From positions 6,180,438 through 6,244,437 of the forward strand of contig NC_057750.1 in the NCBI RefSeq assembly GCF_004010195.1: DNA of 64,000 bases. The letters are read 5' to 3'. Source of the DNA: Chiloscyllium plagiosum (taxonomy: Eukaryota). Below, piece by piece: positions 11,716 to 22,583 of the stretch. The notes beneath the pieces are model-generated. The model ran no database searches. It was not told where the DNA came from and worked only from the letters and a program-made list of their open reading frames with translations. The translations under genes and the position numbers were made by a program. Within the stretch, counting starts at the first letter, position 1. Every line of letters begins with the position of its first letter.

Positions 11716-11974
11716 ATCAATATTACACTTTTGTACTCAAAGAGATGTCCTTCACTTGCACTGTCAGCTTGCTGTGTTTGATGCTGTGATCTCTGGGATG
11801 GAAATCCTGCCCTCCAGGATATCGGTGAGGGCAAACCCCAGGCATTTGTCTCTGCATGCCTGTCATTATCCACAGGACAACAACAATAGGCAACTCCTCC
11901 CCCTCCAAACATCCACACGCGGGGTGGACATCAGTGAATTTCCAAATGTGATGCTAAATTTTGCCCCCCACAAC

Positions 11975-12265
11975 CTGGTGGCTCAGTGGTTAGCACTGCT
12001 GCCTCACAGTGCCAGGGACCCGGGTTTGATTCCACTCTCAGACGGCTGTCTGTGTGGAGTTTGCGCGTTCTCCCTGTGTGGGTTTCCTCCCACAGTCCAA
12101 AGATGTGCAGGGTTAGAGTGGATTGGCCGTGCTGCAGTGTGCAGGCTAGGTGGGTTAGCTGTGGGAAATATGGGGTTACAGGGATAGGATATGGGAGTAG
12201 GTCGGGGTGAGATGCTCTTTGGAGGTTCAATGTGGACTGAATGGCCTGCTTCCACACTATTGGGA
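11975..12265 (+). mobile_element. HE1-type tRNA-derived SINE
   Basis: A box tggctcagtggtt, B-box-like gggtttgattcc, body gtgtggagtttgc...cccacagtccaaagatgtgcag. Confidence 0.85.
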
Positions 12266-14155
12266 TCATATGGAAAAGTTAGAAGTGTTTCTGTCAGGAG
12301 TGGATATGCATTATAAAATCATGAGGGGTAGATAAGGGGAATGGCAGGTGTCTTTTCACTAGAGTGGGAGATTCAAGACGTGTAGACACATTTTCAAGGT
12401 GAGAGGAGAAAGTTTAAAAAGGATTTGGGGGGCAACGTTTGTACACATAGATGAATATCTAGAGGAAGTGGTGGATGTGGATACAGTTACATTTAAATGA
12501 CATTTAGATAAGTACATGAATAAGAAATGTTTGGAGGGAAACGGGCCAAATGCAGGCTGGTGGGACTAGTTGGGATTCTGGTCAGCATGGACTGGTTGGA
12601 TCGAAGGGTCTGTTTCCGTGCTGTACGATATCTACATTCTCACATCAGAGCGGGCTGGGCCTATCGCCATCCAGAGGATCTACCAAAATCACTGTCTGAA
12701 AGGGTAATAGTTAAAGTCGTGACAGTCCCACTCTCTCAGCGTTAGAGAGAAAAAAGCTGGTGGTGGTTAAACCTGAGGGTCACCGCGCCTCAGGTGAGGG
12801 GGAGAGGTCGAGGAGGTGGAACTATCACCATGACCTCAGTTGGTGTGGGAATCGAACCCCTGCTGACGGCCATCACAACCTGAGCTAAAACAGTAGAAAC
12901 ATTCATTGTATTGAAACCTCATTTGGAGATGCACTTGAATGATCTTCATCCACAGGCCTATGGAGACAGAGATGGACAGTGGGTTCAGGGGATAGTCCAT
13001 GTTTGGCTGGTTCAGTCAATTTTCTACGTTTCAACAAAATACATGATTGAATCAGACAGTGATGATTCACACAAAGAGCAAGATCTTTAGATCCCTGAGT
13101 GCTAGGATTTCTGACTTAGAGTCATAGAGATGTGCAGCATGGAAACAGACCCCTCGGTCCAACCCGTCCATGCCGACCAGATATCCCAACCCAAACTAGT
13201 CCCACCTGCCAGCGCTTGGCCCATATCCCTCCAATCCCTTCCTATTCATATATCCATCCAAATGCCTTTTAAATGTTGCAATTGTCTTACTTTCAAATGG
13301 TTCGCTCCTTCCAGAACATTCTCAAATGTTGAAGCTTTGAAGACTGGTTCCCAAGCTTCTTCCCAAGCAGGGCAGCTGTTGGAAATCCCTCCCCCGAACT
13401 TAACACCGGTTTAAGGACTGATGTTCAATGGAGGGGGGGCAGTGAATTTTTCTCAGAATTTTACAACGTGAATCCTCTGTGCTGAGATTCAACAGGGAGG
13501 TGATGGCCAAGTGGTATTATCGCTAAACTATTAATCCGGAAATTCAAGCTAATATTCTGGGGACCCGGCTTCACATTTCGCCATGGTGATGGCAGAATTT
13601 GAAATCAATGATGAGACATGATGACCATGAAATGATTGTTAGGGACAAATCCCCATCTGGCTCACTCCAGGGAGGGAAATCTGCCGTCCCTACCTGATCT
13701 GGCCTACACGTGACTCCAGACCCACAGTGATGGGGTTGACTCTTAACTACCCAGAGGGATGTGCTAATAACTGCCAGCCAAGCCAACAATGGCCATTAAT
13801 AAAACACAAGTTCCTCTGGATCCCAACGTTTGATCTGATTTTAGTTTGTTCACTAAAAGAACATTAAAAGGAGAGGGAGGCAGAGAAGGTGGGGGAGCAG
13901 GAGAGCCAGAGACTGAGAGTGACTGAGATGGAGACCAATTGTATAAAACATTGCATTGATATAGCCCCTTTCAAAGCTACAGGGTGTCCCAAAGCTCTTT
14001 ACTGCAATCAACTTCTTTTGAAGTTACTTTTTTTTTACCAGGAGATGGGACAGCCAATTTATGCGCAGCACGTTCTGGTGTAGGATCAGAGGGCATAGTC
14101 TCAGAATAAGGGGTTGCACATTTAAGACGGAGATAAGGAGGAATTTCTTCTGTCA

Positions 14156-14478
14156 AGGGTGGCACGGTGGCTCAGTGGTTAGCACCGCTGCCTCATAGCG
14201 CCAGGGACCCGGGTTCGATTCCCACCTCGGGCGACTGTGTGGAGTTTGCGCATTCACCCCGTGTCTGTGTGGGTTTCCTCCGGGTGCTCCGGTTTCCTCC
14301 CACAGTCCAAAGATGTGCAGGTCAGGGTGGATTGGCCGTGCTAAATTGCCCATCGTGGTAGGTGCATTAGTTGGGGTAAAGATAGGGTAGGAGAATGGGT
14401 CTGGGTGGGTTACTCTTCGGAGGGTCAGTGTGGACTTGTTGGGTTGAAGGGCCTTTTTCCAAACTGTAGGGAATCAAA
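14156..14478 (+). mobile_element. HE1-type tRNA-derived SINE, near full length
   Basis: gggtggcacggtggctcagtggttagcaccgctgcctca...gggttcgattccc, then conserved body and LINE-like 3' end. Confidence 0.9.
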
Positions 14479-14529
14479 TTCTTAAAAATAAAAGAGGGAA
14501 GTAAAGCTGTAGAACTTTTTATTTACAGA

Positions 14530-14825
14530 GACCGTACAGTGTGGAAGGAGATAATACAGCCTGAATCCACACCGACCCTCCCATCCCCCACCTTATCCCT
14601 GTAACCCCACATTTCCAATGGCCAATCCACCTAGCCTGCACATCCCCCAACACCACGGGATAATTTAGCACATCTTTGGACTGTGGAAGGAAACCAGGGC
14701 ACCCGGAGGAAACCCACGCAGACACGGGAAGAACGTGCAAAGACTGTTGCCTGAGGGTGGAATCAAACCCAGGTCCCTGGTGCGGCAAGGCAGCAGTGCT
14801 AACCACTGAGCCACCATGCCACCCC
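14530..14825 (-). mobile_element. HE1-type SINE, tail-to-tail with the 14156 copy
   Basis: Reverse-complement head ...cagcagtgctaaccactgagccaccatgccacccc. Confidence 0.85.
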
Positions 14826-15351
14826 AGAAGGGGCTGTAGACGCGGAGTCATTAAGTTTATTCCAGGCTGAGATAGATTTGTAATCAGAAAGGGAATAGAG
14901 GGTTATGGGGAAAAGTGGAGTTGAGGATGAGGAGATGAGCTGCAATCTCAATGAATGGTACAGCAGACTTGATGGGCTGAATGCCCTACTTCTGGCTTCA
15001 AATCTTACAGTATCCCACGAACAGTAAGGTGATAATGGCCAATTTTGCTGATGTTGGTTGACCAGGATACTGAGTGGAGTCCTTTAGCTCCTCTCTGACT
15101 TGTGTGAAGGGTTAGTTTACATTCGTTGGAGAATGCAGAGTTGAACGCATGATCTGAAAGATGACATCTCTGACAGTGTGGCGTGTCTAAATGATGAGGT
15201 GCTCCAGTCTCTGGAGTGGGACTGAGCCCCCAAGTCTTAGGAGTGCATTGAGTACCAGGAGTTGGGATGTTATATTGCGGCTGTACAGGACATTGGTTAG
15301 GCCACTATTGCAATAGATTGCAAGCTTGCTCGCTGAGCCGCTTGGTTTATT

Positions 15352-15393
15352 CTCAGACGTTTTGTCACCATGCTCGGTAACATCATCAGTGAG
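15352..15393 (-). ncRNA. Hammerhead ribozyme motif, PLE family A (G12 mutated)
   Basis: ctca-CTGATGA-t-gttacc-gagcat-ggtgac-AAAA-C-GTC-tgag: stem I ctca/tgag and stem II pair, but GAAA is AAAA. Confidence 0.55.
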
Positions 15394-15867
15394 CCTCCAG
15401 TGAAGCGCTGGTGTCCTGTCCCACACGCAGTTTATGACTCTCAGTCTGTTGTGGTGGGTGATATCATTTCCAGTTCTGTTTCTGAGAGGTTAGTAAATGG
15501 GGTCCAAATTAATGTGTTTATTGATGGAGTTCCGGTTTGAATGCCAAGCCTCTAGGAATTCCCGCGCGTGTCTCTGTTTAGCCTGTCCCAGGATGGATGT
15601 GTTGTCCTAGTCAGACTGGTGTCCCTCTTGGTCTGTGTGTGTAAGGATACTCGTGATAGTTGGTCATGTCTTTTGGTGGTTAGTTGGTGCTCATGTATCC
15701 CGGTGGGTAGTTTCTTGTCCATCTGTCCAATGTAATGTTTGTTGCTGTCCTTGCAGGGTATTTTGTACATGACGTTTGTTCTGTTAGCAGTCCTTGAGAT
15801 TCATCAGGAGCCATTTCAGTGTGGTGGTAGGTTTGTGGGATACCATGTTGCTTAGGGACCAGAATAG

Positions 15868-16074
15868 AGCTGAAAATGTGTTGCTGGAAAAGCGCAGCAG
15901 GTCAGGCAGCATCCAGGGAACAGGAGAATCGACGTTTCGGGCATGAGCCCTTCTTCAGGGCATAACCGAAAGTTCGATTCTCCTGTTCCCTGTATGCTGC
16001 CTGACCTGCTGCGCTTTTCCAGCAACACATTTTCAGCTCTGATCTCCAGCATCTGCAGTCCTCACTTTCTCCCC
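15868..16074. mobile_element. Short PLE family B inverted-repeat insertion nested in the family A element
   Basis: Two inverted arms; 15-bp duplication tagggaccagaatag (15853-15867, 16075-16089); intact core CTGAAGA...GAAACGTC on the minus strand at 15931-15958. Confidence 0.88.
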
Positions 16075-16309
16075 TAGGGACCAGAATAGTCTGGTTGCTA
16101 TCTCTGAGATGTCTTTGATGTACAGTAGGGTAGCTAGAATTCCTTGAAGCCTGGCATTTAAACTGGAACTCCATTGACAAACATATTGATTTAGATTCCA
16201 TCTCTCAGAAATAGAATGGGAAATGATATCACCTGAATGACTTCATCATTTAGGCTGACCAAGACACGTAAAGACCAAGTGGGATAGAATACCAGCGCTT
16301 CACTGGAGA

Positions 16310-16351
16310 CTCGCTGATGATGTTAGCTAGCATGGTTACGAAACGTCTGAG
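16310..16351 (+). ncRNA. Hammerhead ribozyme motif, PLE family A (intact core, weakened stem II)
   Basis: ctcg-CTGATGA-t-gttagc-tagcat-ggttac-GAAA-C-GTC-tgag; predicted cleavage after C16347. Confidence 0.6.
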
Positions 16352-16417
16352 AACTAACCCACCCAGCTCAGTGAGCAAACTTACAACTTCAGCTACAAAC
16401 CTTTTCCAAAATCTCCA

Positions 16418-16772
16418 ACTATTGGAATACTGCAAGCAGTTCTGGTCTCCCTGCTATTGGAAGGATGTTGTGAAACTTGAAAGGGTTCAGAAAAGACTTA
16501 CAAGGATGCTGCCAGGGTTGGAGGGTTTGAGCTATAGGGGGAGGCTGAATATGCTGGGCTGTTTTCCTTGGAACTTCGGCGACTGAGGGGTGACTTTATG
16601 AGGGTAATTACAATATTTAAAAGGCATCTGGATGGGTGTATGAACAGGAAGGGTTTGGAGGGATATGGGCCAAATGCTGGCAGATGGGACTAGATTTATT
16701 TAGGATATCTGGTCGGCCTGGATGAGTTGGACCAAAGGGTCTGTTTCTGTGCTGCACATCTCTAAGACTCTG
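16418..16772 (+). mobile_element. CR1 (HER1-type) LINE 3' fragment, continuing 15240-15315
   Basis: LEYC.QFWSP...KDVVKLERVQKRLTRMLPGL, followed by the typical 3' end (gggtctgtttc...catctcta.gactct). Confidence 0.88.
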
Positions 16773-17649
16773 AGGGAAAAATCACTAATAGAGATGGAGA
16801 AAGCGAGGGCTGAAGGAGGGAGGCGGGGAAGAAACAGAGAGGTGCAAGAGTCTGAGAGAGACAACCAGTCAATTAGACAAATAAATGCCTCAAGTACAGA
16901 GTGGGAGAGCAAGAAGAAAATTGTGAGGCAGACTGAGAATACCAAATAGCTAGATAATGTTAGAAAATTCAAAATTACTCTCAATGATATTGGTGCCCTA
17001 TCAAATTTCACTGAAATTTAGATGGGTTTGATACCTCTGACAAAGTAATGGATGAAGGAATGTGTTGCAAAAGAAACTCAGAGGTTTTGACGTCAAACTG
17101 GCAGTGAGAATCAAATTAAGCTTGCAGCTGCCAGTGAGTCATCCGATCAGAGCAGATTCTGTTCAGTTTGCCTGCTGACTAATTCCTTGACTCTCTTTCC
17201 CATCTGAACATTTATCTCCTCTCTGTGTCAAGGAATGTCTGAACTGCTCTAACAGAGACATGGTTAAATCCGCATCTGTGCTCCCTTCGGATAGGAAGCC
17301 TCAGGAAATAATTATCTGTGCTGTCTCCGATCGCACCAACCAATCAGCTCTGAATGATGTGCATTTACACAGCGCCTATGAGGCGATAAAGCATCCCACA
17401 GTGATCTTCGGAAGCTCGACAAAACAAAGCTGATGCACAACAGGGGTCTGGGAGAGAGAGGATGGATTAAGAGATTTTAGGGAGGGAATTCCAGATCTTG
17501 AAGTCTTGGCAGCTGAAGGCACTGGAAGCAATACGAGTAAACCCAGGGATGCTCAAGAAGCTAGATTAATGCAGAGATTGCACAGGGTTGCAAAGTTGGG
17601 TGAGATCATAGAGGGGTTTGTGAAGAAATATTGAGTGTGGCTGTAACAA

Positions 17650-19190
17650 GGAGATGGTGTGGCAGTGGGAGGGGATGTTTGTGGATGTGGTGCCAATCAA
17701 GTGGGGGCTGTTCTTTCCTGGATGGTGTCGAGCTTCGAGTGTTGTTGGAGCTGCCCCCATCCAGGGCAAGTGGGGAGTATTCCATCACTCACCTGACATG
17801 TGCCTGATAGATGGACAGGTTTTGGGGTGGCAGGTGGTGAGTTACTTGCTGCAGTAGCACAGAGGTGCTGCGTAAATGGGACTTGGTCTGAGTTAAGGAG
17901 ATAGGTAATTAAGCCATTCAATTGGTCCCACTCACAGCCCTACAAATGTTTACTTTCTATGGATTTATTCAATGCACTTTTGAAAGCTATCTGCTTCCAA
18001 CACCCTTTCATATGGCGCATTCTACATCATAACCTTTCAAACATTCACTCATGGGAACGTGGGCATCGCTGCTGGGCCAGCATTTATTACCCATCCCCTA
18101 GTTGCCCTTGAGGTGGTGGTGGAGAGCTGCCTTCTTCAACCTCTGCAGTCCACATGCTGTAGGTGGACCAATAGTGGCCTTAGGGAGGGAATACCAGGAG
18201 TTTGACCCAGTGAAACTGAAGGAACGGTGATATATTTCCAAGTCAGGATGGCGAGTGGCTCGGAGGAGAACTTGCAGCGGGTGGTGTTCCCATGTATCTG
18301 CTGCCTTGTCCTTCTAGACGGAAGTGGCCACGGGTTTGGAAGGTGCTGTCGAAGGAGATTGGTGAGTTGCTGCAGTGCATCTTATAAATAATACACTGCT
18401 GCTACTGAGTGTCGGTGGTGGATGGAGTGGATACTTGTGGATGTGGTACCAATCAAGCGGGAGCTGCTTTGTCCTGGATGGTGTCAAGCTTCTTGGAGCT
18501 GCACCCACCCAGGGCAAGCGGAGAGTATTCCATTACAGTCCTGACTTATGCCTTGTAGATGGTGGATAGGCTTTAGGGAGTCAGAGCTAGTTGCTGTAGC
18601 GGTCCTAGCCTCTGACCTTCCACCTCGACCTCCTTCCACCTATCGCATTTCCAACACCCCTCCCCCAAGTCCCTCCTCCCTACCTTTTATCTTAGCCTGC
18701 TGGGCATACTTTCCTCATTCCTGAAGAAGGGCTTATGCCCGATAAGTCGATTTTCCTGCTCCTTGGATGCTGCCTGACCTGCTGCACTTTTCCAGCAACA
18801 CATTTTCAGCTCTGATCTCCAGCATCTGCAGACCTCACTTTCTCCTCTCCTCTGACCTAGCCTTGTCCAGTTGAGTTTCTGGCTGATGGTATTCCCAGGA
18901 TGTGGGTAGTGGGTGATTTAATGATGACAAACACCTTGAATTCTAGGGGTGGTGATCTATTGTCTCTTATTGGCGATGGTCATTGCCTGGCATATGTGCA
19001 GTGCGAATGTTACTTGCCACTTGTCAGCCATGGACTACTTCCGGGTCTGAGGAACCACAACTGGTGAACATTACACAATCATTGGCAAACACTCCCACTG
19101 CTGACCTTATGATGGACAGAAGGTCATTGAAGATTGTTGGGCTGAGGACTCTACGCCGAGGAACTGTTGCAGAAACGTGCTGGAACTTCA
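17650..19190 (-). mobile_element. CR1/L2-clade LINE fragments (same family as 4780-5775)
   Basis: Reverse-complement matches to the 4780-5775 element; interrupted by the PLE end at 18619-18848. Confidence 0.7.
18619..18848 (+). mobile_element. PLE family B 3' end (hammerhead GAAA mutated)
   Basis: Same sequence as 20400-20578 plus the tail ...ctgatctccagcatctgcagacctcactttctcct; duplication cctctgacct (18609-18618, 18849-18858). Confidence 0.85.
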
Positions 19191-20022
19191 AAACCACACC
19201 CCTCTTATGTGGCAGGTATGGCCACACCGCATTAAAAATAAACCTGTCAACTTTGATTTTATGCCAAGTTTCTTAAAAACTGTCCTCTAACTACCAACCA
19301 TCAAAGTTTGAGTTGAAAAGTTTCTTCGTTCAAAACTGATGATTTTGAATATCTCTATCTAATTTTGCCTCGATCTTCTCTACTCTGCTCCTAATTCATT
19401 TTTTTTTTAAAATGGAGAAAGTCTCTTGCACATAATTGAACATTTTATTTCTCCATCACCAAATCACTTGCGGTTTTTTTTGTTGTAAATTTATTAATCA
19501 GTCAGTAAATCATCTGTGTTTTCCAAACGATTAATTTACACACAAATGCCATTCAGGGCATTACAGAGCACAAAAGGGAGGGAGGTATCTGCATGTGTTT
19601 AACGCTGGCAACAGCCTAGTACATCACACAGAGCAGATGTAGGCCATTCAGCCCCTCAAGCCTGCACCATGATTCAACGAGAGCATGGCTGGTCTGATTG
19701 TGACTTCAATTCCACATTCTCACCTCCCGCTGATAATCTTTCACACTCTTGTTGGTCAACAATCTCTCTCTTTCTACCTTAATGATCCCCATCTCCCTGC
19801 TCTTTGGGAAGAGTTGTAAAGACCAAAATAAAATATTTTGCCTTCGTCTGAAATTAGATTGAGAAATTTTTAAATAGTGTTCACAAATTCTAGGCTCTCA
19901 CCAAGAGTAAGAACATCCTTCCAGCATCCATCCTGTCAAATTCCCACAGGATCCTATGCCTCAGTAGGGTGACCCCCTCATTCCTCTAAACTCCAACTTC
20001 TCTTGGTCCTCCTCCAAGACCC

Positions 20023-20578
20023 GATGTGGCCTCCTCTATATTGGGGAGACAGGCCGCCTACTTGCAGAACGTTTCAGAGAACACCTCTGGGACACCCGGA
20101 CCAACCAACCCAACCACCCCGTGGCTCAACACTTCAACTCCCCCTCCCACTCCACCAAGGACACGTAGGTCCTTGGACTCCTCCATCGCCAGACCATAGC
20201 AACACGACAGTTGGAGGAAGAGCGCCTCATCTTCCGCCTAGGAACCCTCCAACCACAAGGGATGAACTCAGATTTCTCCAGTTTCCTCATTTCCCCTCCC
20301 CCCACCTTGTCTCAGTCAAATCCCTTGAACTCAGCACTGCCTTCCTAACCTGCAATCTTCTTCCTGACCTCTCCGCCCCCACGCCACTCCGGCCTATCAC
20401 CCTCACCTTGACCTCCTTCCACCTATCACATTTCCAACGCCCCTCCCCCCTACCTTTTATCTGAGCCTGCTGGACACACTTTCCCCATTCCTGAAGAAGG
20501 GCTTATGCCCGAAACGTCGATTCTCCTATTCCTTGGATGCTGCCTGACCTGCTGCGCTTTTCCAGCAACACATTTTCA
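20023..20578 (+). mobile_element. Penelope-like (probably Neptune-type) retroelement 3' fragment, family B: GIY-YIG C-terminus, 3' UTR and hammerhead
   Basis: Reads CGLLYIGETGRLLAERFREHLWDTRTNQPNHPVAQHFNSPSH...EEERLIFRLGTLQPQGMN with an internal stop; 15-bp duplication cctcctccaagaccc (20008-20022, 20579-20593). Confidence 0.9.
20487..20522 (+). ncRNA. Minimal type I hammerhead ribozyme motif (PLE family B)
   Basis: attc-CTGAAGA(20491-20497)-a-gggc-ttat-gccc-GAAA(20511-20514)-C-GTC-gatt; predicted cleavage after 20518. Confidence 0.72.
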
Positions 20579-22549
20579 CCTCCTCCAAGACCCCAACATC
20601 TCTCCTAATAAGAACCACACTGCAGCTAAGGACTGACCAGTGATTTAAAAAAAGGTTAAGCACAACTTTCTTCCTTTCAGTGCATTCAAGCCTAGGGCAA
20701 TGAGGAATAATGTTGACTTGGAGAGAGTATTCACATTTAAAGGGATAATGTTCTTGTCTATCATATTCACATTAACGAGGTTGTGCAGATGTGGAGGATC
20801 CTGAGCCTATAAGCCCCAACTCTGACCTCTAACCCCATTCTCATTGGGCAAAAAAGTTTCAGCAATAATTCCACCAACAGCATTGCCCAAACCTGTAGTC
20901 TCTAGCCCCTGGAACAGTGTTTCCCAAACCTTTTTCTGGTGTGACTCCATTTTGAGATTTGAAAAGTACCATAACCCTTTGGTGACTGATGGATGGAAGG
21001 CTACTAGTGCGGGATGGAGTTGGCCATTTCTAACTCAGAACTTGCAATCCACAATAATGGCAGTCTCGACCCTCAAACTGGAAAGCCCTGCTCCAGAGGG
21101 ATGGCTAGAGAAAGCAGACACCATCCAACCCAGTAATTCTCTCCCCCCCCCCCCCCACAAGCCAGTCACCATCCTGTCTTGGAAATATATGGTCGTTCCT
21201 TCAGTGTTGCTGGGTGAAAACCCAGGAATTCCCTCTTAAGGACCTTGTGTCCCCCTACAGCACATGGTCTACAGCCATGCAAACCCCAACAACACTCAGG
21301 AAGCCCGACATCATCCAGGACACACCAACCCATTGACTGGCACCACAGCCACTCTGACACTCAGTCGCAGCAGTGTGTACCATCACCAAGATATAGTGCA
21401 CAATACACAAGGCTCATCATCAGCCCCTTTCAAACTTATGACCTCTAATCCCTAGAAGGGCAAGGTCCATCATATACATGGGAATACCACCCCCTGCAGA
21501 TTCCTCTATGAGCCACTCAATATCCTGACTCGGAAATATGCCACCTCTCCTTCAGTGTTGCTGGGTCAAAATCCTGGAATTGCCTCCCTAAGAGCATCGT
21601 GGGTCAACCCACAGCACATGGACTGGAGCAGTTCACAGGGCAGCTCACCACGGGCTCCAGGGGGAGTTAGTGACAGGCAATAAACGCTGGTCCAGCCAGT
21701 GATGCACACATCCCATGAGCAAATTTTAAAAAGTGAATTACCTTTGTGGTTTAACAGGCTAGATTTGAGCAGCAGATTTTGACATTTGATGATTTAATTG
21801 ACACCCCATTGGCACTTTAACAATGAACAGCTACAATCCAGGTTTCTTGTTGACTTCAGGCTAGGTGAATTCCTTGAGATTTTGTCTCACAACATTTTGC
21901 CTTCAACTGCACCTCCCACTTAAACAGCTTCACTGTCCAAACCTAAAGGGGCATTATGTTTATAACCAACAGAGAAGTGCTCAACAAAGATAAAATTCAC
22001 TATAATTTATCTTCCAGACTTTTGCTTATGGCTTTTCTTGAAGAGAAATACGTGGCACAGACATGTTAATGTGCACACTCCATGACAGGAGCTGCCCATT
22101 TAAATTAAAATTGACAGACTCCCTCCAGAGTCTCCTCATGGTGGAAGCCCAGCCCCGAACACCCAGGTTTTTGAAGACAACTGGCCTGGAGATGTTAACT
22201 CCTGTTTTTCCTCTCTCCACACATGCTGCCAGGCCTGCTGAGTTTCTCCAGCCCTGACTGGTTTTATTTCAGCTTTCTGGCATCCGCAGTATCTTGCTTC
22301 TATTGGGAGTTGACAATGAGGAGGATTTCGGATGGTGTCAAGTGTTCAGCATCTGTCCCCTCTGTTGACGAGATCTCCCAACTCCCAGGGATGGTGAAGA
22401 AGGCAAGTAGCAGCAATTGATTCTAGTCTCCAGTTGCAGAATAGGGCCAGCTAGAGTGTTCCAACTTACGTTAATCATTCTTGCGAGCTCACTGAAAACA
22501 TTCCTACACTAGGCATGGATTGGACACGTCAGCAAAACCACGTTCCACT

Positions 22550-22583
22550 TTTATTTAAAATAAATCCTAAGTAAATTTTTATT
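22550..22583 (-). terminator. Candidate polyadenylation signals of the KLC gene
   Basis: Two minus-strand AATAAA hexamers (tttatt at 22550-22555 and 22578-22583) in an AT-rich stretch about 3.1 kb past the stop codon. Confidence 0.4.

Larger units (their letters stand above)
15316..16417 (-). mobile_element. Penelope-like retroelement family A: GIY-YIG endonuclease fragment with an inverted 3'-end copy
   Basis: ORF 15552..15770 reads YKIPCKDSNKHYIGQ...IHEHQL (GIY-YIG motifs). An inverted copy lies at about 16130-16417. Near-perfect duplication actattg(c/g)aata at 15304-15315 and 16418-16429 splits a CR1 fragment. Confidence 0.85.

Noticed and set aside
14156..14230. tRNA-like sequence with A and B boxes
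   Set aside because: It is the head of a multi-copy SINE and continues into the SINE body; no complete cloverleaf.
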